NCBI RefSeq assembly: GCF_006345805.1
Contig: NC_043013.1
Coordinates: 44,640,001 to 44,704,000 of the forward strand
Direction of reading: 5' to 3'
Length of the DNA: 64,000 bases
From: Octopus sinensis
Taxonomy: Eukaryota
Positions 52,043 to 64,000 of the stretch are shown one piece after another; position 1 is the stretch's first letter, and each line of letters opens with the position of its first letter. The notes below the pieces were generated by a model, which saw nothing but the letters and a program-made list of their open reading frames with translations, was not told the origin of the DNA and searched no databases. Made by a program: the position numbers and the translations under genes.

Positions 52043-53254
52043 TATAAAGATCCTTAAAGAACGATCCGGCAGGGACTGAGGTTGTCGACTTGCATTTTGT
52101 ATTTCGTACTTTGAGATACACTTTCGAACATGTTTTATATATTTAGATATTCATACGACGTCCGCAAACACAATTCAGCTGATTTACGAAGAGAATCATA
52201 TTTGGTAAATATTAAATTATGTTTTATTGTTACATATTGTCAAACAATCGCTGAGCAGAAAATCCTTGTTAATCTTTTGTAATGGTGTATATATATTTAC
52301 CTATGAAATGCAACGATAAATATCAGAAATCTTAATCATAAACTTTTATTTAACATATGTTTTAAAATTTATTAATTCTATCCAGTAAAAAAGAATAATT
52401 TATAATGTGACACAAGTAAGGTGACTTTGAAGTGTTCTATTTCCAAGAGCTCTCTCAGTTGTATGTGTATGTGTATGTATATAAATCCACTTTCATCGAG
52501 GGATTTGAATTCCCATATCCTTCTTAATTCATTTGGTCGGAAGAGCAATAAAACTATGCGGCAGTTGTTAAGATAACTGAAAGCGTTAAGAGATCGCGGC
52601 ATTAGAAATAGGATTAGAAAATCACATAGGATTAGAAAATTAGAAAAATTTAATCAAACATTTTCTAGGTTCAAGGTAGTTAACTCTAAGAAGCTCAAGG
52701 GCAATTAATATTTGTCATCATTCTGCCACCTGCCCTTTTTTATGTAAAGTCTAAAACCTCACACATTGAAACGAGCATCAAGGTATTGAGTTGAAAGTAT
52801 TTATGTAAACATGTGAGGACATGAAAATAATATGCATACACACGCATATACATACATACATACATACAACACACACATATATACACACACACAACGGTGT
52901 TAGACCGCAAATTATCATCTACTAGGCCGTTTAAACTGTCTTAATAGGTAGGTACTTTTTTTTTATAGAAATAATTGATATGCTGCTCAATTTGTCTTAG
53001 TTCATGTTTAAGCTATAAAACTTATCTGTTGAAGGAAATTTTCGGATCTTTGAACCATTCACATAAGTTGTTGCAGTTTTGATGAATGGTCCGTTGAGCC
53101 TGGAAATTTTCTATATGACTCTCTTTCAAACACGAGAGATAATTAAGTTCAATTTGTTCACTAGGTAACATTTCATGAAGGATGAACGTTGGCTGTATAG
53201 TCCCATTGCCTTATATACACCCATGTACATACGTAGATACGTAAGCCAACATAT

Positions 53255-53407
53255 GTGGCTGTGTGGTTAGAAGTTTGCTTCCCAACCAATGGTTCCAGGT
53301 TCAGTTCTACTGCGTAGTACCTTGGGCGAGTGTTTTCAACTATAGCCTCAGGCCGCCCAAAGTCTTGCGAGTAGATTTGGTAGACGGAAACTGAAAAAAT
53401 CCCATCG

Positions 53408-53471
<64 letters not shown>

Positions 53472-53475
53472 CGTG

Positions 53476-53524
<49 letters not shown>

Positions 53525-53716
53525 TTGTGGTTATGTCTGTGTTTGTCCCCATATCACTGCTTGACAACCGGTGTTGGTATGTTTATATCCCCGTAACATT
53601 AGCGGTTCGGCAAAAGAGACCGATAGAATAAGTACTGGGCTGAAAAAAATGTTCTGGGGTCGATATGCCCAAGCATAGCCGCTATCAAATGGCTGAAACG
53701 AGTAAAAGAATAAAGA
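53255..53716 (+). mobile_element. SINE family 1, diverged full length
   Basis: Head, (TG)n tract and tail recognisable. Confidence 0.8.
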
Positions 53717-54349
53717 ACGAATACATACACCCATATGTGTGTATATAAATATATACATAAATATATACATACGTTCATATATAGTAAACACACACACACA
53801 CACACACACACGCACGCACATATACATGAATACAAACAGAAACAAATATACGTATACATCGCAACCCAAACTGAGATCCGAATCAAACAATAAAAAACGT
53901 TCTTGATAAAATTTCGGAATAATCGTCGCATGAAACAAAAATATTAAAATATTTAACAGACGCAAAAAATTAGCTGTATTCGATCGATTAGTCAGTCCAT
54001 TGCTGCCATGCTTGCAGGTCAAACACGGCCTCTGCTCATGGTGACACTACAACGGTTATAATCTTTTTCAATCTCATCGTAATAGGAGCTAATTCTGCAA
54101 ATTCAGACAGCGAATTGGGATATGACCACATATTTTCTCTCTTCATACATGCAAGTGCATGTATAATATTCCATGCACCTTAAATTCTCCTGACCCTCAG
54201 CTAACACACACTATTATTGATTTTGGTGAGTATTAACAAGATATCATATTTATCATTATCAAATCTGCTTTGTTCTCACGTATTTATCGGGATTATTTCT
54301 TATTGATTTATTTTTCTAATTTATTTATCAGTACCTACTCTTACGTTTT

Positions 54350-54969
54350 CAATATGGATAAACTGCTAAGGAGAAACGACAGCAATTCAGCAATATTTAA
54401 CCAGTTACTAGCAAAGATATCAGTAATAAAATATTAAACAATGCAGAGAATTTTAATGACAAGCAGGTCAAAACTGTTTAGATCCGCAAGTGTTGCAACG
54501 AATATGTTAAGTTTTGTTTCATTCCTGTTAAAAGCGATGGGTATTTTCTAATTTCCTATTATGCGTGTTTTGCCACATCAAAATCCCCAAACGGTTCTAT
54601 GAAACCATTAAAAGTGAAACGGCATTTAGAAAACCAACATTTGGAATCTTATGAAGTTTCAAAACCGAGACCCCGAAATGTTATCAGTATCGAGGAAAAG
54701 TTAATACTCTTTGCATTTGAAATTGTAATATCCCGAGTGTGATGGTAGATTTTGCATCAGTATTGACGATGAGTAGTTTGTTGTTCGATCATTTGAATTA
54801 TTACTCGAGAAAACAACATGTGATTGGGTATTCCACAGACATGTGCAATCTTAATGCATTTTCTGGCCAATTCAGTGTAACTATAGACGAAATTTTAGGT
54901 GCAATACACAGAGAGATCATAAGAGAGAAATCAGGAGAGATCAAGGGAGATCAAGAGAGAGATCAAATG

Positions 54970-55019
<50 letters not shown>

Positions 55020-55061
55020 AAACGAAGGGGAAGGGAGAGAGAGAGAAGGTGAAAGAGAGAG

Positions 55062-55104
<43 letters not shown>

Positions 55105-55900
55105 CAAGTGAGAAAAAGAGATAAAGACAGCTAAAGATGGAGAAGAATCAACTTGAGGGCTGAATTGATACTTTACCAACAAAGGTTGAAATTGTTTTCG
55201 TTGGAATCTGAACTCAAAGCGAAGAGAACCAAAACAATTATACCCGACGCTCTAAAGATACTGTCAGTTGGGCATTTTGCTTCGAGTGTCTGGGCAAAAG
55301 AAACACAGTTTAATAGCTTTAATGCCTTTGTCCAAAAATACAGTTGAACGCAGAATAGAGGATGTGATGAAAAAATAGAGAAGAATTGCCCGTTTCTAGG
55401 ATACACAAAAGTCAGTTTTTCTTTCATTACAAGTGGAAGAAAGAAGAGACATTTCAGTTAATTCTAATTTAATGTGCTTTGTAAAGTGTGTTGTCAAAGG
55501 CTGTCTCCCAGAAGATTTTATGATTTGTAAATCACTTCAAAGAAGAACAAAGGACGAAGAAATGTTTAAGCTTCAGACGGTATAATTATTAAAGAAAACA
55601 TCGACCGGAAAATAACGTGTTGGACTGAGAAGCGATGAAGCACAATCAATGTCAAGTTGTCACAATGGATTGTTCCAGAATATCTGAACAGAAGCGCAAA
55701 ACTGTGTATTACAGAATGCACAGAATACTAGAATACATTGTTGTATTCCGTGAATGCTATAATGTATTCCCAGAAAAGCTTTAACCGTGAGATGTATAGT
55801 TTTTTTTTTTTTAATTCAACTATTCAAGAATGGGTGAACTTTATGAATTACACAAAATATTGCCCACTGAATAGAAGAATTTTTATGCAAAGAATCACAT
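54350..55900 (+). pseudogene. hAT (Buster/Charlie-like) transposase remnant split by (GA)n
   Basis: CVFCHIKIPNGSMKPLKVKRHLENQH, FSLQVEERRDIS and ICKSLQRRTKDEEMFK fragments. Confidence 0.7.
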
Positions 55901-55952
55901 GAAATAAACATCGGAGATGCTTTACCTCCCGCAGAAACTGGTGGAGATATAA

Positions 55953-56352
55953 GGCGGCGAGCTGGCAGAAACGTTAGCACGCCGGGCGAAATGCTTAGCG
56001 GTATTTCGTCTGCTGCTACGTTCTGAGTTCAAATTCCGCCGAGGTCGACTTTGCCTTTCATCCTTTCGGGGTCGATAAATTAAGTACCAGTTACGCACTG
56101 GGGTCGATGTAATCGACTTAATACCTATGTCTGTCCTTGTTTGTCCCCTCTGTGTTTAGCCCCTTGTGGGTAATAAAGAAATAGGTATTTCGTCTGCTGC
56201 TACGTTCTGAGTTCAAATTCCGCCGAGGTCGACTTTGTCTTTCATCCTATCGGCGTCGATTAAATCGACCCCAGTGCGTAACTGGTCCTTAATTTATCGG
56301 CCCCGAAAGGATGAAAGGCATAGTCAACCTCGGTGGAATTTGAACTCAGAAC
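55953..56352 (+). mobile_element. SINE family 2 with extra body and an inverted partial copy
   Basis: Full copy from 55953. 56264-56352 is an inverted copy of ~56021-56108. Confidence 0.82.
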
Positions 56353-56997
56353 GTTCTTAATATTCGTCAAGAAAAGCATCGAAATTTATGTAAGCAGGAA
56401 ATTCTCTTTAAAAAGCCTTTTATTCCAGATTTTAAGTGTGAAACTGAATTCTCTTATTTGGTTTTCATGAAAAAGAAAAAGATACTTCGAACAGATAGAA
56501 TGTCGATTAAGATTTGAAACTAAAATGATCTTTGTTTCCTCTTAATGTACATCTATTAAGTGAAAAAAAAAACAACAACAAAAAAGACAACAACAACATC
56601 CCTTCAGTTCAATCTTTGAAAAATTATATCTAGCATCTTTTTGGCATTATTCATTTTGTTAATTTTCTTTCATAAGTATATACATGTTTAATTTTATATT
56701 TTAATTTATAACCTTGTGCGATAGACTGTAGAATATATTATATTCATATATTTCTTAAAATTGATGAAAGCCATAAAAATATAACTAAATATTAAAAATA
56801 AGCAAAATTGCTTTTTATGTTATTTTATGATATGTTTCAAGTATTTTTTTTTATTTAGATGTCCAGGAATATTTTCATCGGTGAGTTATTAAAATTCTTT
56901 GTAAACCATGCTTATTTTATTATATGATTTAAAGAAAAATTATCGCACTCCACCACACTAAAAAATTTGTCTGGTGTCTGAAAAGTTTTGGGAACGC

Positions 56998-57064
<67 letters not shown>

Positions 57065-57156
57065 ACACACACACATTTTTTTGTTTAAGGAAATATATGT
57101 CTATAAATGTATAAATGTTGTAATGATCGTTTCAACGGATGAAGTGTTATCAACAC

Positions 57157-57219
<63 letters not shown>

Positions 57220-57249
57220 GCGATCGATCAATCGATCTGTCTATACATT

Positions 57250-57690
57250 TAAATCTTTTATCTTTTACGTGTTTCAGTCATTGAATTACGGCCATGCTAG
57301 AGCACTGCCTTGAAGGTGTGTTAATCGAGCAAATCGATGCCAGTACTTATTTTTTAAGCCTGATATTTACTCTCTCGATTTCTTTTGCTGAACTGCTAAG
57401 TTACAGAGACGTAAACAAACCAACACCAGTTGTCAAGCGGTGGTGGTGGGGAAACACATCTGCAAAGACACACAGATATATATACTTACATGCATAGACA
57501 CACAGAAATATATACATACATGCATACACACACATTCTCTCACACACACATAAACGACGAGCTTCTTTTAGTTTCCACCCACCAAATCCACTCACAAGGC
57601 TTTGGTCGACCCGATGTTATAGAAGAAGACACATTCTTATGGTGCCACGCAGTGAGTCTGAAAACGGAACCATGTGTTTGGGAAGCAATG
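57250..57690 (-). mobile_element. SINE family 1, diverged
   Basis: Reverse complement of tail and part of head. Confidence 0.75.
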
Positions 57691-58242
57691 GTACCACACA
57701 CACGCACACACTCACACACAGTCTCAAACACACACCCTCAAAGACACACTCATTCACACACACAGCCTCAAAGACATACTCCAACGCACACACAGATATA
57801 TGTACTACTATGATGGATATTTTGTTCCAATAACTAAATATTCAGTTGTCAGAAGAGATGTCGGAAGATGTACGTGTTATTTTCAGAGTTCTAATAGGAT
57901 GAGAAAGCAAGTAGGAAAATATATCATTTATCAAGAGCACAACGCCTATTCTATGATATTGCTAACATTTAAAACCATTTGATATCAACAATAGGATCCT
58001 TTGTTATTAGTATTCAGTTGATGTATATATACAAACGATGCTGAGAATTCGATAAATAAAATATGCTGTGTTTGATTCTAAAGGTTGCATCTTACTCTCA
58101 AGTAGTGTAATCGAAACTGTATTGTTTAGATTGGTTACAGCTGTGATCAAAGACGCCCACGGAAAATTATAGATAAATAATGGAACAAACAGGTTAAGTT
58201 AGGAATGAACGTAATAAATTAGAAATAACTGCAAAATAAGAT

Positions 58243-58660
58243 TTAGTTGACAAGGGCTTAGTTGACAAGGGCTTAGTTGACAAGGGCATGGGATCTTTTC
58301 GGTTTGAACGGCAATTTTTTCTAGCGGTGTCATATGAAATTGTCACCCATAATTATGATCCTTGTATCGATCTATTGCATTTCAATCTGTTTTAGGGTTA
58401 GGGTTAGTTAGGGTTAGGGTTAGGAGTGGTGGGGACGGTATCTTTTTTCTTCAGAAATGTAAATAAATCCAATCTGTTTCTTAAACAAGGGACATATTCA
58501 TACGACACAGAATGTTTTTTTTACCTCAATAGACGTCACCGATTGGTTGAAATTGCAGAAATTGAAGAAAAAACCCAACAAATATCTTACAAACTATAGA
58601 ATTTTCTCAATAAACCCAAGGGAAAAAGATGTTTTATACCTGGATTAATGATTTGGGTGC
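58243..58660. mobile_element. Element with short (TTAGGG)-like run (Helentron-like?), preceded by a 3x15-bp tandem
   Basis: TTAGTTGACAAGGGC three times at 58243-58287, and ttagggttagggttagttagggttagggttagg at ~58392-58424. Class assignment is recalled, not tested. Confidence 0.35.
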
Positions 58661-58714
58661 GTTTCTCGGTCAATGTTTGAATGTATGTGCAATTATGTAC
58701 AAAACAAACGTTTG

Positions 58715-58783
<69 letters not shown>

Positions 58784-58806
58784 TATGTATATGTCTATAT
58801 ATCTAT

Positions 58807-58840
<34 letters not shown>

Positions 58841-58892
58841 ACATATATATATAACATATATATATACTATATATACATATATATATATACAT

Positions 58893-58923
<31 letters not shown>

Positions 58924-59051
58924 TATTATAATATATATATATAATATATATTATTATATATATATATATAATATATATAATATATATATATATACATACT
59001 TATATACAAGCGTGTGTTGTGTACTAATTGCACATACGGACATTCAAACAT

Positions 59052-59092
<41 letters not shown>

Positions 59093-59559
59093 TATATATA
59101 TATAATATATATATATGCATATACTAACAAATGCACTTACACACACACACCACACAATAGCAATTATATAGCATGGTAGGTATACATTTACTCTGTGTCT
59201 GTTGTTGTTGTGTGTGTGTGCATGTGTGTGTGCGTGTGTATTCATATACAAACATACACACCTATAAACTATCTAGAAATCGAGAACATCAATGTTCCCC
59301 ACATCCGGTCGTACAAACTTCTGAAACTTCGAGACAACACGAGTTGTCTAATTTATTTGATTCAATGATGATTAATCAATCATCGTATTGGCATTGTACA
59401 CCCACACAATTTATCTCTCTCTTCCATGCGCACGTTATTCGACGAACGGCAAATTAGTTTCCGCAGATGAAACATCAACGTATATAACTATCCCCACCCA
59501 TACACGCCCGCCCATACACGCCATACACACACATACGTCACACAGAAATATCCCATCCG

Positions 59560-59662
<103 letters not shown>

Positions 59663-59770
59663 ACGTAAATGCAAGTATGCGTGTAGTTAACGGTGATGCA
59701 AACAAACTATAATATATGTGTCGGAATGTATCTGCATGTGTGTGCGTGTGTGCGAGTGTGTGTGTGTGTA

Positions 59771-59803
<33 letters not shown>

Positions 59804-59861
59804 ACGTGTGTGTGTATACACATTACACATGCATATTCATAAGTTTATATATATATATATA

Positions 59862-60400
59862 TGCCTCGATGAACGAGTTAATTTGTTTCCGGAAACTGCT
59901 CGGAAATCGAAAACTCGTAAAGCAGAGCAATGCTTTTCCATAGTAGAACGTTATAAATCGTAATTCGTTCCCAGAAAAATATTTTACCTATAAAATTTAT
60001 AATACTCGTAAATAAATAACAGTAAAAGAACAGTAGAATGCAAAGAAAATTTTATGTAAAGTAAAAAGAATGTCAAGATTATTTATAATAAAAAAATATT
60101 ATTATAATTGTTTTCTGAATCACTTTGACTCGCACTAGACTTGGACATGCGCACATCATCTTGTAGACGCGACTCCGTTTCACAAGCACTCGTAGACGAA
60201 CTTGTAGATTTCTTTTCAAAAATTTATCTAGAGTCGTTTGCATAGTAACATTTTTCGCTCTTTCCAAAATTTCTTGGTAACATGCAGAAACATTTGTTAT
60301 GGCAATGGAAACTTTTACGCTTAATTCAAAATTTGGATCTTGTGCCTAAAAAATAAACTCGTAAATCTGGGCTGTTGTAAAGCGGGTCCTCGTAAACTGC
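59862..60400 (-). mobile_element. Tigger/pogo-like non-autonomous element
   Basis: Subterminal ctcgtaaa motifs at both ends and minus-strand KNVTMQTTLDKFLKR, similar to the Tigger C-terminal QTTLDxFF. Confidence 0.55.
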
Positions 60401-60590
60401 ATATATATATATATGATTCCAAGAAAGTTAGAGGTTGTGAATCCAACCAACTAAGGGATAATATCTATCCAATATACTGCTGGTAGGATACCCAATTATT
60501 AATACTCAAGTGTTTTTTCATTGCATGACAATTGCATTACCGAGTGTAATAAATGGTTGAGGGTAAAGAGTTATTTTACCATTAATTTAT

Positions 60591-61088
60591 AGAGCAATAA
60601 GAAAATGGAGGAGATCAATAGGTGGTTCATCAACTTTTAGACATTATATTACGTCTATTTATTTATTTACTAAAAGGACAATTATAACAATATACATACA
60701 TGTATAACATATTATGCTTTACATATTTAATATATAGAATACAAAATATTCTCTAATCTCTGACGAAGCCTAGAGAAACACCCAAACACCTCAATTTCAT
60801 CCACTAATTACTTCAGTCCCCTGGAGGGATAAAGGTAGAATAAGGTATTTTTGCCGCTTGCCTGAAACAGCTGTAAGATATTATCCCAATCTCTATTGCT
60901 ATATGTTATATATTTTAATAATTACTGATATTTTTATATTTTATATATTATATATGTAAAGCATAATATGTTATACATGTATGTATATTGTTATAATTGT
61001 CCTTTTAGTAAATAAATAAATTGACATAATATAATGTCTAAAAGTTGATGAATACTACCTATTGATCCCCTCCATTTTCTTATTGCTC
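60591..61088 (+). mobile_element. Fold-back HHR element K (~160-bp inverted repeats)
   Basis: 60591-60750 is a near reverse complement of 60927-61088. Confidence 0.85.
60756..60879 (+). ncRNA. Type I hammerhead candidate K
   Basis: ATCT-CTGACGA-(97 nt)-GAAA-CAGCTG-TA-AGAT. Core, stem I and palindromic stem III are intact; stem II closure is weak. Confidence 0.6.
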
Positions 61089-61107
61089 TCTCTCCTCTCA
61101 ATATATA

Positions 61108-61167
<60 letters not shown>

Positions 61168-61936
61168 TATATATATCCCTGGAGAGATAGATAGATTGAT
61201 AGATAGAGAGAAAGAGAGAGAATGAGTTTGAGAAAAAATTGAGGTAGTGAGATGCAATGGCTAAAACATTCGCTATGCAGTGTTGAAATTTTGGTTTGAT
61301 ATCACTTCGTGAACACCCTGCACGCTTACAATACCCTTGAGTCAGACAAGTCTTGCCAATAAAATTGAGTAGACACAATATGTTTGAAGATCCTACAGAT
61401 GGGTTGTACCAGCAATTGAAAAACTAACCTTGTTTACATATGATTGCGTAATACGCCTTAAAAGTTACGTTAAAGGCACACGTGTTTCACAGGTACACTC
61501 AGCCACTTATACGGTGATTAAGTGACTTGGCCGACTTGTTGAAAGACAAAATTTCAAGAGCTCATTGTTGTAACCGACGGAGAGCCATTCACATTTTTAT
61601 TTACTTATAAATAAATATGTCTGCATGTGTATATGTATATGTATATGTGTATATGTGTTATATGTCTATATATGGCAGATGAGTATGCATAGACACAACA
61701 GAAAGTAATGGTAGCATTTCAGCCCAGCTAGAAGTGCAGAAGTAGATTTGATTAAAGCAATTATTCAGCTATTTGCACAATATTAGGCATAGTTCCAGCC
61801 AGACATCTATTTTACATTCTTATGGCAAAAGTCTGTGTGCTTTTATATTTTATAAAGACATATATGTATGTATGTTGTAGTATATATATGTATATATGTA
61901 TGTATATTGTAGATATATATTATATATATATATATA

Positions 61937-61971
<35 letters not shown>

Positions 61972-62032
61972 CATACGTACATAATACACACATACTACAT
62001 ACTTTGTCTATATATTTATATCTATATTTCTA

Positions 62033-62149
<117 letters not shown>

Positions 62150-62163
62150 ATCTATCTATCTAG

Positions 62164-62211
<48 letters not shown>

Positions 62212-62221
62212 TTATCTATCT

Positions 62222-63450
62222 TCCCGACGAATCTCATTGTACACTGTCTTGGCTACAATATCATACCTCATTGATAGATAATAACGCGATGACATTTTCG
62301 GACAACTACTCATGATGTTGGTGATATCTTCGGTATTAATTCACAAAATCTGCATCGGTTATCACATTTCGGTGATTTTTATACTTCCCTTTACCTTTTT
62401 TGCATCAAGAATTTGGTAGCTATTTATTGTTCCAGGATTGCAAATGTATACCATTCAAAATGAGAGTTAGTGATCCTGTTGGTCCACGATAGACTGCTTT
62501 GATTATCACTAGAACTGCCAACCTGGATATTTCTGCTAATATATCCGTGCATCGTCTTCTGCGGATGTACACTCATCCATTTATTCGAGGATGTACTGCA
62601 GTAGAGTCGTGCGACTTCTTTGGGCATGTATTCGAGATAATCAGACGGGGAATATTTCTCAAGGAGCTATTTTTGAAGTTTCAAAATATCTGCTTCGTGT
62701 ATACAGAATTGGTCAATGGATGCACTACGACGCTTTGTAGTTAAATGATGTTGCCGAAGTGATATGATATGGCATTTAAAAGCTGTCTGAATCAATGTTA
62801 AACATCTGCCCTCTTGTTTGCGTTTTTGGTAGAGGTGGTCTACGTTACTGTTGGTGCGAAAATTATCTGTGCTGGTCAGTATTTTCCGGTTTCTCATATC
62901 AATGGTTTGGATCTTCTCAAGCGCCCAATCAAGTCGCCCAAATTTCGGTATGAGTACTGCTACAACAAACACACAGTGGCCACTGATTTATTGCATGCAG
63001 AGAATTCTGAGCTCCATATCATTTTTTTATCTGGCTGTTATATTCCTTAGTGACGCGTTTCTTGTTACAGGTACCATTGCAAGATATATTCCCACCTATA
63101 CCCAGCACCTGTAATATTCCTTATTAAGCGCGGATAAACAATCATTTACAGTCTTCCATCGTTTCACAATTATTCTTCAACATTTATCTTAACCAAAATT
63201 CAATACTTTATCCTTTGAGAATGTTGTAACTACATCAAGGGTCTTTTTCACATTATTCTCATTCCTGATATACAGCTTCAAGTCAACTCTAAAGAAGTAG
63301 TATGTAATCTTGGTACTTCTGTCTCCTTGTGAAACCAATGATATACCTCTCAGACTTCCTCAGCATGAATGACAGGGGCTTTACTAAGAGTATGAACAGA
63401 ATCACAAAGAGGCTGTCACATTCGAATAGGCCTCTACGATGCTGAATTTT
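62222..63450 (-). pseudogene. R4-like RLE LINE fragment (RT thumb to zinc finger)
   Basis: AVLIPKFGRLDW...IDMRNRKIL...VDHLYQKRKQEGR and DNRCRFC...EDITNIMSSCP. Its 5' junction abuts (TATG)n at ~63460-63537. Confidence 0.8.
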
Positions 63451-63457
63451 AACAGTG

Positions 63458-63488
<31 letters not shown>

Positions 63489-63862
63489 TGTATGTATGTA
63501 TGTATGTATGTATGTATGTATGTATGTATGTATGTATGCCTTGTTAATATGCCTTTAGTGCCTTATTATTTAACACACCGGTTCGATTTCCACTCATACT
63601 TATTTACTTTTTTCTAAAATTTTCGTGATGTTTTGCAACCTTTCCAATAGTCGTTGACTCTGCTCGTTATCGGAGCTGCATTCTTTTTGTTTGTTGGTGC
63701 TCCATTCTTGTTTCTTATATATATATATATATATATATATATTGGTAAAATGGTAAGATAACAAAAGAATGAGACCTCAATATTATGTAAATAGAAGAAA
63801 TTTATCTGTAAAATAATATGTGACAATTATTCGGCTACCGAATAATTGTCAAACATATTTTT

Positions 63863-63944
<82 letters not shown>

Positions 63945-64000
63945 TATATATATATATATATATTTATTTATTTATTTATATATTTAGAGAAAAACCTCTA

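Noticed and set aside
58243-58287. 3x15-bp direct repeat
   Set aside because: No spacers and eukaryotic context: a simple tandem duplication, not CRISPR.
61220-61440. Short open minus-strand frame with Cys residues (possible exon)
   Set aside because: No homology recognised and no convincing splice pair.

Overview
AT-rich, microsatellite-dense animal DNA, intergenic or intronic. The SINE families and (TA)n density resemble an Octopus/cephalopod genome; this is an inference from recalled repeat families, not a search. I found no host protein-coding exon, true tRNA/rRNA gene or CRISPR array. Most ORF-track entries are microsatellite read-throughs or transposon remnants. Recognisable elements: Penelope-like elements (PLEs; RT plus GIY-YIG), a near-complete R4/Dong-like RLE LINE in (TAA)n, further LINE, Gypsy, mariner/Tc1, Tigger and hAT remnants, and four SINE families. 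The outstanding signal, found by hand-folding, is 13 type I hammerhead-ribozyme (HHR) motifs in 64 kb, from several sequence families. They occur as ~485-bp tandem arrays (retrozyme-like), as fold-back elements whose 3' tail is duplicated in inverted orientation at the 5' end, as a 434-bp palindrome of two head-to-head HHRs, and as a U3:A8 core variant in the inverted terminal repeats of a PLE. HHRs in PLEs and metazoan retrozymes are established. Whether these particular families or the small fold-back forms are described, and whether any cleaves, cannot be determined here. Scattered 1-nt indels suggest long-read assembly errors, so single-base defects are provisional. Coordinates of degenerate remnants are approximate.
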